NCBI GenBank assembly: GCA_002633005.1
Contig: NMRA01000009.1
Location: forward strand, 2,053,366-2,117,365
Length of the DNA stretch: 64,000 nt
From: Phoronis australis
Lineage: Eukaryota > Animalia > Phoronida
Direction of reading: 5' to 3'
Below are positions 45,564 to 59,100 of the stretch, piece by piece; the first letter of the stretch is position 1, and every line of letters starts with the position of its first letter. The notes under the pieces were generated by a model that was not told where the DNA came from, searched no databases, and saw only the letters and a list, made by a program, of their open reading frames with translations. A program made the translations under genes and the position numbers.

Positions 45564-46908
45564 TTATGTAGAGAATACATCTTTTACAAATTTAAATATT
45601 TTGTAAACCATTAAATTTGTAACACAAGCTACCTTGGTTGACTCATCTTTTCTGGCACCATGCTACAAGCCATGACTGCAATAGTATAAGTTACCCATAA
45701 TCGTTTTAATCAGTGGGAACCATTTGCAAATACTAAGCTCACAGCTGAATTTCATCATGATAGTGAATGTACACAGCTCAAATGATGTAGCTGTATCACT
45801 GTATAACATTGAGGAGACAACAATACACTGTTTGATGTTTTACAGTTCACATCTTGGATTATCAGTTGAACATGAAATGATGGCTTACAGGGTGTGCAAA
45901 AGAACGACTTTCATTGTTGAAATGAATAGACAGCAAATAGAAATGCCGTTCATCCTTAATAAATCACTCCAAAGGATTCCCAATGGATTACTATTAAAGC
46001 GGCGTTAAATCCATCCTTTCTATCAAAAAAAAAAGTTTTGATTTAGGCCACTAACCATTTTAAAATTGGCCTCGTCTTTACTTGCTCAGTTCAGAAGTGA
46101 TTTCTGGGCCCAGAAGAGCCGACGGTTCTTCCAAAGCTATGAAATCACTGACCCCCAATTTGACTAAGGAACAATTATAAGACCCAATTTCAGAAATGTA
46201 AGGGGTCTGAATCAAAAATTTTCACGATGGAATGTGGGTTTGTAGCCACTTTAAAGAACAAAGCATTCTTCATGTCATCTTTAGTAAAAATACAGATCCG
46301 TCTTTGAGACATTTTTTGGTGTTAATTACAGTTCTGTTGTCATGTATTTATCATCAATGAAACGATGGAAAGTGACGTTAACAGTCCAGCAAAAAGCTCA
46401 TCTTGGTTCTGCCTTCACTTCCAGGATTCAAACCAAATGACCAACACAGACTGTGATCAATAGAAGTAAGGACATGGAGTTAGCTCTATGGAAGGGAATG
46501 CAGGGCCAAGTGTGGTTTTTTCCCGGACTGTTCACGCACTTTCTGTTGTTTCTTAAACAGTAAATCCACATCACAGAAACAAATGTTTCTCTAAGACAAC
46601 CAATGATATGCATGCTTACTATACATACCAAGGATCTGAATGTTTGCAAAACATACCAAGGATGTGCATGTTTACTATTAAACCTAACAAGTAGTGCGTT
46701 TGTCAAAACTAACAGAATCATCTCAACTTGTGATTTACCACAGAGTTAAAATATATAAATACATCTGCATACTATTTTCTAGCAAACAATGATTCTCCAT
46801 GTTGATGTACACAATCCTCTCCATATTTACACTTTTTACAATTTTTTGACAATGACACAAGGTCTCTTATCAGCATCTTGTTTAGGCCCGATCAGAATGA
46901 CCAATTAA

Positions 46909-47104
46909 TTACAGGGGTAGATTTTCTGTCCACGGCCTGGTGATCAGATACAGTGCAAATATGGCTATACTGCATCCCAGTAAGAAGCCCAAGTGTTGGC
47001 TCTTCTGTGTGAGAGTCACAGAATATTCGGACGTCCATGGGTAAAACAGCATCAGCCAGCAGATTTCCAGTTTACAGCGATCTGGATGACTATCTGCGTA
47101 ATAC
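46909..47104 (-). CDS. TCTN2: TCTN2 terminal exon with transmembrane tail
   Basis: CKLEICWLMLFYPWT...LGFLLGCSIAIFALYLITRPWTENLPL-stop. Confidence 0.88.
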
Positions 47105-50100
47105 CTGCAACAGATGATTGATTAGTGTGCAGTAACATCACGTGGAGTCCACCGTAGTCTAGATTAAGGTTTAAAACATAAACCTGCTGTATTTGCTCGC
47201 ACCATACAACATTACTGATTCATATGAATCTGTAAATATTTTTGTTTTTATATATCTGTAATAGCATGTCTAAGTATTGGAATACTTATTTTAGATACTA
47301 CTTAATTGTATATACCTCTATGTATATAAGTTTCATTTATGAATTGTTTACAACCCAGATATAATGCTTCGCGGTTTCTGGGTTTGTTATTATTTCTTTG
47401 TATGTTCTGTGTATCCTTCAATAAATATATATCACAGTGAAAAAACCATACAACATTATGTAAGAACCTGTCTTGGAAAAACACCTTGCTGTAATTATCT
47501 AAACAGTTTAGTCAAACATTGGTCACAGTTTAATGCCACATTACTGTGCCTAGCTGATAATGTAATGAAACTGCGCAGTAAGTCATCAACGTGGATGGAG
47601 CAACTCAAGCAAGACTTAGACAGAAACAAATACCAGTTGAAAATATATGGATATTTAGTCACAGTACTGTGTACCAAAACTTTGTCGAATTTCGACACTT
47701 TCCAATTTGTTTTAAAAACTACTGGATGCGACAAACATCCAAACCAAGTCACATGCACAGATGGTCAGACATGGATTTTTGGATGTTATTCATCATCCTT
47801 TCACAGGGCCAAACTGCTATGACATGAGGTAGGTAAAAGGATACGCAGTCTCATCACATCTGGCATGCTCATACCTTATAGTACTTTTTACTACAATTCG
47901 TCAACAGGAGGCGATAGTTGTACTGACATTGGAGACTGATCGTATTTATCTAATGAATGAGTCGTTCTCTCATGTCCTGATATAACATGTGCCATTTCAC
48001 TTTCTTGTTTTAGTTTAATTTGCAAACTAGCATTAATTGTGTTGTTTTGACCTGCAGGTATAGGTAGTCTCTCGACCTTTTACTAGCAGGAAATAAAAAG
48101 TATGGCCAATGTGCACATTTATGTTTCATACAGTTGCCAAAATCATATCATCCATTTGTAACTGAATTCAATAAAAATATAATACATTATGTTACTTCAG
48201 TAGGCAAATGACCAAGAGAACCAAATCCCAATACAGTGTGTGACGGTTAACGAAAATCATTTCGTTTGTCATGAAAGTTACTCGTTTTGTGCATCATGAT
48301 AGTTTTCAAGGTATTTACTAGCAACCCTAACCTTGGTTTAACAATTGTATTGTGTAATTAAGTGAATAATGAAAACAGACTACACTGGACAATTACAATC
48401 AACCAGAAATCATCAAAAAGTTTCCAGTAGTATAAAATCAGCTATAGCACAAACAATACTTAATAAAGAAATAAACAGTCAAGGAATGTTGTATATGCAG
48501 CACTTACTTGTCTAGCTCAACAGGTGTCTCTAATGGTATTTCAACAAAAGACACGGTGCTCAAAACAGCGAATGAAACAGCATCTGCATCACAGTTGCCT
48601 GTACACGGCATTGCCCAGGTGGCGCTAGGATAGCTGGAAAAACAGCTCTCATTTCAACAGATCATCAACAAATTAAATTGAAATACCCTAGTTTTTGTAT
48701 ATAATATTAACTATCTGCATTAATCTGGGCATGGCCAGAAAAGACCATCAAAACAGGCAACATTCTCCTTACACTGACAACTACATTGGGTAAAAAGAAT
48801 GCCAGCCATATATCTATTTAGAAATGTTACAGTATTAAGTGATGTTAACCTTAAATATAAAAAGGTTATCACCATAACACGTGAAACACTGGTACTGAGT
48901 CATTAGTAATGATGCAAATTCATCCACTTGTGCGCAAAGTCAAGACAGGAACATTCTAAAGATAAAATGATACAAACTACGCAAACGTTCAATGTAAATA
49001 GCATTCAAGACTGCATCTCTGTTACCCACCTAAGATTTGCCAGCCTCACTTCATAAATAGGCACTCCAAAGCCTACCCCAACTTGTGAGTACCATATCTT
49101 CAGTTCAAAGCCAGTAGGAATGTTTGTGCACTGACCCTGCACTGACTGGGAACTAATGACAGGGATCCCCTGGGAAGTCACAGCAGGGGCTGCTGTACTA
49201 TTGTTGTTACTGACAGTAGGTGTAGTCTGACTGACAGGTATGGTGGTCACTACATTTGTGTTGGCTGTTGGATCAAGGGAGGGGAAAACTGCCGTCAAAT
49301 TTGGCCTGAAAAGCAAACTGAATAGTTATTACTGATACTTCAAGTACAATTTACACTGTGTTTAAGATACAAAGGAATTCAGTTGTTAAAATGTTTAGTA
49401 ACATGTCATAACAAATGTTTTAGCATGCATATCTTTCAATTCTGAGCATTTAGACAACAACAGGATAATGTGAACCTTACTCACCAGGTGGTGCTAATGA
49501 AAGAGGGCATTTCAACACCAGATTTACAAAATTACAGAAAGCAGCTCATCACCACGGGGGCACCACACAATTAATTTCAAATCACCAACAACCTCAGACT
49601 TAAGAAATAATCAAGAAATAATAATTGTAATTACTTGGAGATTTTAATCCAGTCAGATATGTTGGTGGCATTGGGTTCACCACCTCGTGAGATGAAGTCT
49701 GACTGCATGAGATCCAGCAATGATTGTAGGATTGTTTCCCTGTCAACAAAAGTAAACAAAATATCAGAAGTACTTACATTTGAGGAAAATGTCACACATG
49801 TCAGAAATGAATACAACACAGAGAACAGAAGGCTACCTTCCATATGCATGCTTCTCAAAAAACAAGCAACAAGAACCATCAGTTTTCAAGGACATATTAA
49901 AACAGAGTTTGACTCAGTGCTGTCCTAAAACAGGAAATAGGTCAGAACTACACTCAAATAGGTCAGGAATACACAAATAGGTCAGAAATACACAAATAGG
50001 TCAGAAATACCCAAATACAAAGTAGGTCAGAAATACACAAATAAGTCACAAATACACAAATAGGTCAAATACACAAAAAGTGAAGTGTTGCTGGCCACTG

Positions 50101-53100
50101 CATGTAAAATTTTTTATCAAAAAATTTTAATAAGACGACACATGTACATCGCGGGCTTACAACTTAAATCAATATTAAGTTTGGACATGACTGTTTTACG
50201 CAGTTATGCTCTGTATGGGGTGAAGGTCTTAGATGGCATTCTTGATGGGTTGAACAGTTTCAAACTAATGTGTATTACGAAACTTAGTTTGAAATTTTTT
50301 TGGAGACATCTGTGCCTCGATGAACATGGGTACTTTCGCTTTAAGTACCAAACTTTACAAACTTTTTTCCTATCATTTTGCAAGGAAGGTAAATTCCCAC
50401 CTGAGGTAAGTACAGTTGTTAAAGTCAGTTAATCGCAGCCTGATCAGACATCCACTTGAAGTATTCTCGCCAAATGAGATTTTAGTCCTTGTGGCCGATC
50501 GACACATCCCATTGCCATCTGCAATTATAATAAACGGCAACACTGACCATGTTGGACCACAGAACTAAACAGAGAATTCAATGTAATTAAACTATAGGCC
50601 TTGGAACATTCAATGTGATATAAGAAATCTCTTCCCTATCCAAAACTTGACTGGATTCATAAAGTATAAAGATTAGTCACATAGGTACTGTATTGTGTGA
50701 GGTTAGATACAAAAGCCTAGTTAACTTATTATTGAGACTCAGCGATAAGATTGGGAACACTCAACTCTGTAAGAATCGGATATAACGTGTCTGCATTTTG
50801 AGAACAGCTTTTCTTCTTGATTGAGTAATGAGGACCAAACTAGTTCAATCTCAAAATGTAGGCACGTTATATCTGACTATTGCCTTCAACTACAGCAGTC
50901 ACAGTTCACTTGCACAAGTCATTCTTTCACTTCTAATTAACCAATTTTTGTAATTCAAAGCATGAAAAGGCTCATTCAAATATGACAAAATCAGTTTTTG
51001 TAAACTGCCGACTGAACCCAAAATGGCAGTGCATTATTTTTAATATTAGGCAGTGCTATCACTAGCATCCATCTCTGTTCTCTAATCCCCAAATAAAAGA
51101 AGGACCTCATTAAAATCCTGGGGCTAGATTATTGAACAGACTAATGGCTTTTGTCTGTTGGATAAAAATCAGTCATGACAACAGATGGCTTAGCATGTTT
51201 CACAACATCAGATTGAAAGTCAGAAAATCTGTCCACAACTCGAACTCAAACGACAGAAATTAGACATACTGTATGCTCAGGAACTGGCAAAAATCCACAC
51301 AAGAGCAACGCGTAGCGTTCAGGTTGAAATGCGCCCATGAATGCATTGCAAATGGTGTGCTTTTAGGGTTATTTATTTGTATCACAAAAATAGCCATTAG
51401 ATGGCGCAAAAACATACACTCCATCCAAAAACAGGAACATGCCATATTTCAAAAAAATCTGTCAAGGAACTTCAGAGAAAAAAGGAAAACAGTATAAAAT
51501 GAAATTGCCACTAGTGGGCACAGTGTCCGTTGGATCCGCCTGAAAGTCGTCGTCTGTTGTTATCATCATATAAATACACTTACTAAGATCCTGCAGTGGG
51601 TTTAGGAGATACAACTATGGGTGCAAAACAAAACTACCACTAGGAGGCGCCACAGTAGTCAGTCACCATCATCAAAGGTCGTCTTCACATTGAGAACATG
51701 TATGCCAATTTTCAAATGATTTGGTTGACACAGGGGTGGACGCCAAAAACAAGATTTGAAAACAGCAAAAATGGCCACTAGGTGGCACAAAATACCTCGA
51801 TTCCACACAAAAACAGGAAGACAGCGTCATCTCACCAATAGATGCCTATATTTAAAATTTTATGAAAATCTGTTGAGGACCTTTGAAGATACGGAGGTAA
51901 ACGTAAAAAAATAAAATTGCCACTAGGTGGCACACCAGTAGTCAGATCCGTCCGAAAGTCACCATAGTCCGTTGCTAACATCATATAAATACACTTACTA
52001 AATTTCGTAAAGATCCTGCGAACGGTTTAGGAGTTACAGCCATAGGCGCAAAAAAACAAAACTGCCACTAGGAGGCACTACAGTAGTTGAAGTCATCGAA
52101 AAACCATCGTCAGACGTCCACTTCATAGTAAGAACATACATGCCAATTTTCACAATCATCCTTTGAGTTGCTTGGTTGATAGAGCGGTGGACGCACAAAA
52201 ACAGACTCGAAAACACTAAAAACAGCCACTAGGTGGTGTAAACTATGTCGAATCCATCCGAAAACGGGAGGATAGCGTCATCTCATTAATAGGTACCTAC
52301 ATACCAAATTTCATGAAAACCCATTAAGGACTTTTGAAGATACAAAGGTAAGCGTAAAAAACTAAAATTGCCACTAGGGGACACACCGGTAGTCGGATCT
52401 GTCTGAAATTTTGCTCACGCCATCCCATTCATGAAAGGAACTATGTGCTAAATGTCATGAATGTACACTGTATGTCAAAGGGTTTTGGAGATAGAGTCAA
52501 TTCAATCGTTTAATAATTTAGAAAGGCCATAAACAAGGAGACTGATGGATTTAAAAGAACATGGAGAACACTAAAACATCAAGTTAACAGAATGCCATGG
52601 CTGAACCACAAATAGATTACGGTCTTGATATGGAACAGGACAGAGCATAATATTATGACAAATGAGAAACTGTATTTATCAGCAAATAAAGCAAAATGAA
52701 CCAGTTTGGAATACAGCACTAAAGCTAATATCAACGGAGATGAGCAGTCAAACCACTCTATGTAAAGCATCAGCTGTTGCCTTCGTCCTACCTGACTTCC
52801 ACACGTACGGCTGCTTCATTTCACTGGAGTCCACCGTTTCATTATCATTGGACACGGTGGCTCCACCTAGCAATGGTAGACCAAGTTTGTAACCTAAAAC
52901 ATAGGACAGGTAATCATCATTTCACATACTTAGCACACTCAGCTCATTTTCCACACCCAAAATTACCTATAAAAATAAAATTTCTTGCCTCACCTAATTT
53001 GCACACTGTGAATTTTACACTTAATGGGAAAATATGCTTAATGCTAGTAATACACAACTCTTTAACTGTGTTAATAAAGTCTGAACATTGCATATTCACC

Positions 53101-56100
53101 CCTTAGTCCATCTATTCATATCTCACCATGTTGTAAACATGAGATGAATGACCTGGATGGATGCATATGCTCAACAGAATGCTTCACCATTGACGTGTAA
53201 AGTACTGTTATATTGCAACAGCAAAATCAACTTAATTGACAGCAAAAATAAATCATACGACGATGGCAACCCACATGCTGTATTTCCTTAAATTCACACA
53301 CGAGCAGTTGGCGATGATTGGTAACTCAGTTAATTTTGCACACCCGTCAAAGTCTGGACATCACGGCAGCAACATGTAAACAACAATCTCGAAAAAGTCA
53401 TTTGGGTGTTTTTGTATATTCGACAATGACAATGCCAATGCCTTTTCAGTTATAATCATGACTCACCAACTTTTCCAGAACGTAAGGCTTGCTGGGTACT
53501 GAGTGACGCACTGTGATACCATCGCACTTGAAATTTCTGTTCTAATAGGGAGGCAACTGTTCTGTTAATAGTACGTGTGTACTGTTCTCTGACTGTCACA
53601 GAAGATGGCGCTGCCGTAGTGTTAACTAGGCTTGATGAGGTGGTTGTGCTATTGGCTGTTGTATTTACTATTCCTGCAGTTGTCGTGGGCGACTGAGTTG
53701 TTGTCACGGGAACAGTGATGACATGCTCGAGAATTTGATCGACAGATTTAGTTCGACTCAGTGGCAGATCAGCTAATACAATGGACGCATTTAACATTTC
53801 GATGTTTACTCCTGACCACACGAACCTATAACTTACGGACACAACAGAGTTACTACATACACTATTTGCAAGAGACGGTTGAGGTGGTTTGGTGGTACCG
53901 TCATCCCAGGAACACCTGACTGGATGACTTGCTGGCGCTGCTGTCTGATTAGTGCTGAACAAAGATGTTTCAGCTGTGTTGAAGTCTGATGACCAATCCA
54001 GTGACTGCAAATATTTGTCAGGTGAACTGGCACAAAAGTAGTTGACATAGACAGGTGTGGAAGTGTTACCGGCATGTTTGGACAGTATGGTGAATGTTCT
54101 TTGGCAGTCACTAATTGCTGATGACTGGACATAGTTCTGGGCGTTAAGCATCAAGTTAGTGGTGCAGACATCAACCTTCCCCATATCAACCAGACAAGTT
54201 CCATCAGAATTCCTTAAATACCTGAGAAATAAACAAATATGCACATGGGATTGATGTTGCTATCCATGCAGCCCAAGAACTGTGTTGAAAATATCTGAAT
54301 GTCTAAAATGCATCAAGTAAAGCAAAGTAGAAATAAATTGCACTTGGTAAAAGTTTTAATTAAAGCCTCATATAACAGCAAATACATCACCAAGTGAGAT
54401 AAGCACCACCCATGCGAGGTGAGCGTTCACACATGTGAGGCGAGCACCAAACATGTGAGGTGAGCACCAAACATGCGAGGCGAGTACCACACATGTAAGG
54501 TGAGCATCACACACGTGAGGTGAGCACCGTACATGCGAGGTGAGCACCAAACACGTGAAGTGAGCACTGTACATGAGAGGTGAGCACCACACACGTGAGG
54601 TGAGCACCGTATATGCGAGGTGAGCACCACACACATGAGCTGAGCACCGTACATGCGAGGTGAGCACCATACATGCGAGGTGAGTACCGTACATGCGAGG
54701 TGAGCACCATACACGTGAGGTGAGCACCACACACGTGAAGTGAAGGAGACATCTACCTACTAGAAACCAAATGATCCATACACTACACATAAGGCAAACT
54801 GCAGATTCCATACTGCTTAAGTTCTTTTTCTTGCTTAAAGCCTATAGTTTGTGCAGCAAATGTCTTGTACACAATCAATTCCTTTCATAGTGTCACTGCC
54901 GTAATCATATATGATCGCCAAAAGTCTACACAAACCTGACTGGGTCTGTAGTAATGCACTGGCCGAGACTGGTAGTAGGAAGGGTAAGGTGACCGACACT
55001 GGTGGCTGGCACGGCCTCTGGTGGCAGAATGCTGATAGCTAGCCCATCTACATAACCGATGGTGTTTGTACCCCGACCAGTTTCAACCACCACCCGTGGA
55101 GTACTGCCTCTGATAAACAAAGTAAAGATAGCTGATATAAGTGAGATGAGATCTTATTTTAATGAATGCGGAATGTTTTCATTTCGCGGGTTCATATCGG
55201 AACACACGCTGTCATGAAAATTGCTACAAAAATTGGTGAACGGAAGGAGGTTGCCCACTATTCAGATTCAACAGGCAAAAGGCACTTACCCAAAGCTGTA
55301 ACTCTGATTCACACGTCGTATGGTTGACTTCAGAGACACCAAATTACTGATGATCGGCTCGACTTTAAAGAACATGCCAAGGTTTGGGTTGTTGTCGAAC
55401 TGAACACACAGGAGAGGGGACCAGTTCTCCTTATTAATGGCAGATGAGCTGCATGTGAAATCATCCGGGGATTCTGGGAATCCGCCACGAACTCCATTGA
55501 GACACATGCTAAATCCATCAACTGAATCATTCATGTTAGGAATGGTATTGGATACAAGTTGTTGAGTGGAGTTATCACAGTCCTACAAAGAAGTCTTTTA
55601 TTAAGAAACTAACAATTGAAACAGAAGAGGACACATTTTGCTAATAAGAGATAAGTAGATTTAAGCCTAGGAAATGGATTACTTTGTGTCAGAAATCTTG
55701 GTGTATGCTTCGTTCCCGACATTTAAACGGAGCACAGCACCAGGCTAATGGCTCTACGATTTCTTTTGTAGGATTTCTGTCTTCAGCAAGTTGTAGAAGA
55801 AATTTACTGCCATCAGTAAATACTTTATGGTTTCACTCAGCTAGTAAAAAAATTACTAGAGTAAAAATTTCCAGATGTCATTTAACTGTAATGTAATTAG
55901 TGAAATACATTGTACTTGATGTTGAAAAAATGTTAACTTTTACTTCGAAATAATCCACAATTTGGCAACAACTCATCAACATCTCGTCAGAGAATAATAT
56001 TATGCATGACACAATGTAAAAGATTGTTGATTTTGACAGAAAAATGGTGTTCATAGCCACTCAAACCTGCCATGAATATCTTAACCCAGATCTACCTTGT

Positions 56101-59100
56101 CACAGCAGCATCCAACATCACACTGGTCCTGGGTCATGTCACAAGGGCAGGGGGACAGGTTGACGTAAGCAGGGTTAATCAGCTCACTCTCCTTGACACT
56201 GTCCAAGGCCCCTACAATGAGCAGAAAGTAAAGACAACTCTTTCTACAACCATGGTGTCAACAGCACAGCATGCATAATCAGTGACAGAATTTACAATTA
56301 ACTATTATCAAGAAAAGGAAAATCTGTTCAACAGATTATGACCAGTATTTTAGTAACCAAAGGCATAAGCATGACCTGTGAAATTACCTTTTAGAAATGC
56401 CATGTTGAAGACCAGTAGACCTCAATTTAAAATTAGCTATTTGTTAGCAGGTAGAAGAGACAATCATATTTTTACTAACAAAGTTTTTGTAAATGTTTTG
56501 TTTATATATTTTTGTATTAAAGTAGAAAGCATAGTATTACATAATTTGATTGTTGACCTTTTAGCAAGAATCTGACATTGATTGGGTCACATGACAATGT
56601 CTTTTTATATTACAGAAAACATTAGAAAAAAGGGAATTCGATATCAGAACCGTTAATAACATGTATTGACTAAATTTCATTTTTCAAATGAAAATCTAAA
56701 TTAAAATATTTATTTGTATCATAAAAATGGCCACTAGATGGTGCAAAAATGTACAATCTATCCCGAAACAGGAACATGCCATATTTCATAAAAATCTGTC
56801 AAGGAACTTCAGAGAAACAAAGGAAAACAGAACAAAATGAAACTGCCACTTGTGGGCACAACGTCTGGTGGATCTGCCTGAAAGTCGTCATCGTCTGTTG
56901 TTATCTTAATATAAATACACTTACTAAATTTAATGGAGATCCTGCAGTGGGTTTTGGAGATACAGTTATGGGTGCAAAACAAAACAAAACTACCACTAGG
57001 AGGTGCCACAGTAGTCAGTCGCCATCATCAAATGTCCTCTTCACACTGAAAACATATACGCCAGTTTTCCAAACCATCCCTAGAATGATTTGGTTGATCC
57101 AGGGGTGGACGCCAAAAACAAGATTTGAAAACAGCAAAATAGCCACCAGGTGGCGCAAAATATCTTGATTTCATCCAAAAAACAGGATGATAGTGTCATC
57201 TCACCAATAGATGCCTACATTCGAAACTTTATGAAAATCTGTTGAGCATCTTTGACGATACAGACTGGTAAACGTAAAAAACTAAAATTGCCACTAGTGG
57301 GCACACCACTAGTCAGATCCGTCCGAAAGTTGTCGTCATCCATTGTCAACATCACTTGCTAAATTAAGTAAAGATCCTGCAAACGGTTTAATAGATACAG
57401 CCATGAGTGCAAAAAAAACAAAACTGCCACTAGGAGGCACCACAGTAGTCGAAGTCGTCGGAAAATCATCGTCAGCTGCCCACTTCATAGTAAGAACCTA
57501 CATGCCAATTTTCACAATCATCCTTTGAGTTGTTTGGTTGATAAGAGTGGTGGATGCAAAAAAACAGACTCGAAAACAGTAAAAATGGCCAGTAGGTGGC
57601 GCAAACTTCGTCAAATCCATCTGGAAACAGGAGGATAGCGTCATCTCACTAATGGATGCCTATATACCAATTTTATGAAAATCTGTTCAGGACTTTTGAA
57701 GATACAGAGGTAAACGTAACCAACTAAAATTGCCACTAGGGGGCACACTGGTAGTCGGATCCGTCCGAAAGTTCGCTCATGCCGTCCCAATTACAGAAGG
57801 ACCACATGTGCAAATTTTCATGAATAAACGTCAAGGCGTTTTTGAGATAGAGAAGCGGACGCCGGACGGATGGACGCCGGACGGACGGAGATGACGGCAT
57901 AATGCGTCCACATATAAATATGTGGGCGCATAAAAAGTTTACTTTTTATAGCCTCACATGAAATAACAGAACATTAAACACAGCACTTTAAGAAAAAGTA
58001 TATGAGTTTCATATGAATCTGATCACGGTTCAGAGATAGGATTCAACTTGGCCAAATTTGGTCACTTTTCTAGCCTCCTACATAACCTTACAAATCTCAA
58101 GATACACTTAATTCAAGATACATAATACACTATCTGTCTAATACATGATATTGCAAACAATGTTCTCAGTACCCATTCCTAATAGCATCATCTCAAATCA
58201 AACGGAATTTTTAATAAGGGATAGTTAAGCTGTTGCGTGATTTTGCATACACTTTACATGCCCCAAAAGCCATGCTAAGCAATGACATCAATCACTAATT
58301 AAAACCAGGCCATGCACGCCATAGCAATACCATCAATGCCAGTTTTTTCATGCAGGCAAATTTTGTTGAGTATGAGTTTCACAAGTTAGATAAAACCTAA
58401 AATGCATGAGAAAATATGCCTCAGTGGTGTGGCCCCAGACAACACTTGTGAGTAGCAGACCTGACACAGAGCAGGACTTTGTTAAAAACACATGTTCAAT
58501 GACTCAAAGACAGTAGCAATAACAGAAGCACGAGGAGATTGCAATGAAGTTTGACCTTTGACCTTGAATCACACAAATCAGATCTAAAGAAACCTATCGC
58601 CTAGATTTTGCCACATGTTTTTTGCGCACATGAAAGATTAGGGGTGAAATATGACACGAATCTATCAATTTGGCATTTGCGCTTTACTAGAAAAGCATTT
58701 GCGATAATTAAAGATATCAGCTGTTGCATAATCTTTGGAACACAGTTTGTGGAAGCAATTTAAACTAAATTACCCACATATTGCTAAAATCACGCACGAG
58801 TACTTAAGTTTCGCAGCAGTTGTACTCAGACAGTCATTGATCATGTCTCTAACAATGTAAAGCACTTTTCACATACCTGAGTAGGGGTTTATGCTTGGAA
58901 GTTCTACACAATTAATCAATGGCAAAAATTCAATGGAATCTAATACAAGACTCAGACCCAACAAACAGCAAAATGAAATAAGGCACTAAGTCATATAACC
59001 CATAAGTCATTGAATTTTGTTGATTCATTCGTATCACAGAAATGAACAACATAACACTGAAACAGGGCTTAGCCACAATGTACAAGAAACATTTATTAAG

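Noticed and set aside
54368-54811. Cys/His-rich ORFs and CRISPR-like periodicity
   Set aside because: 20-bp minisatellite with no unique spacers, in a eukaryotic intron.
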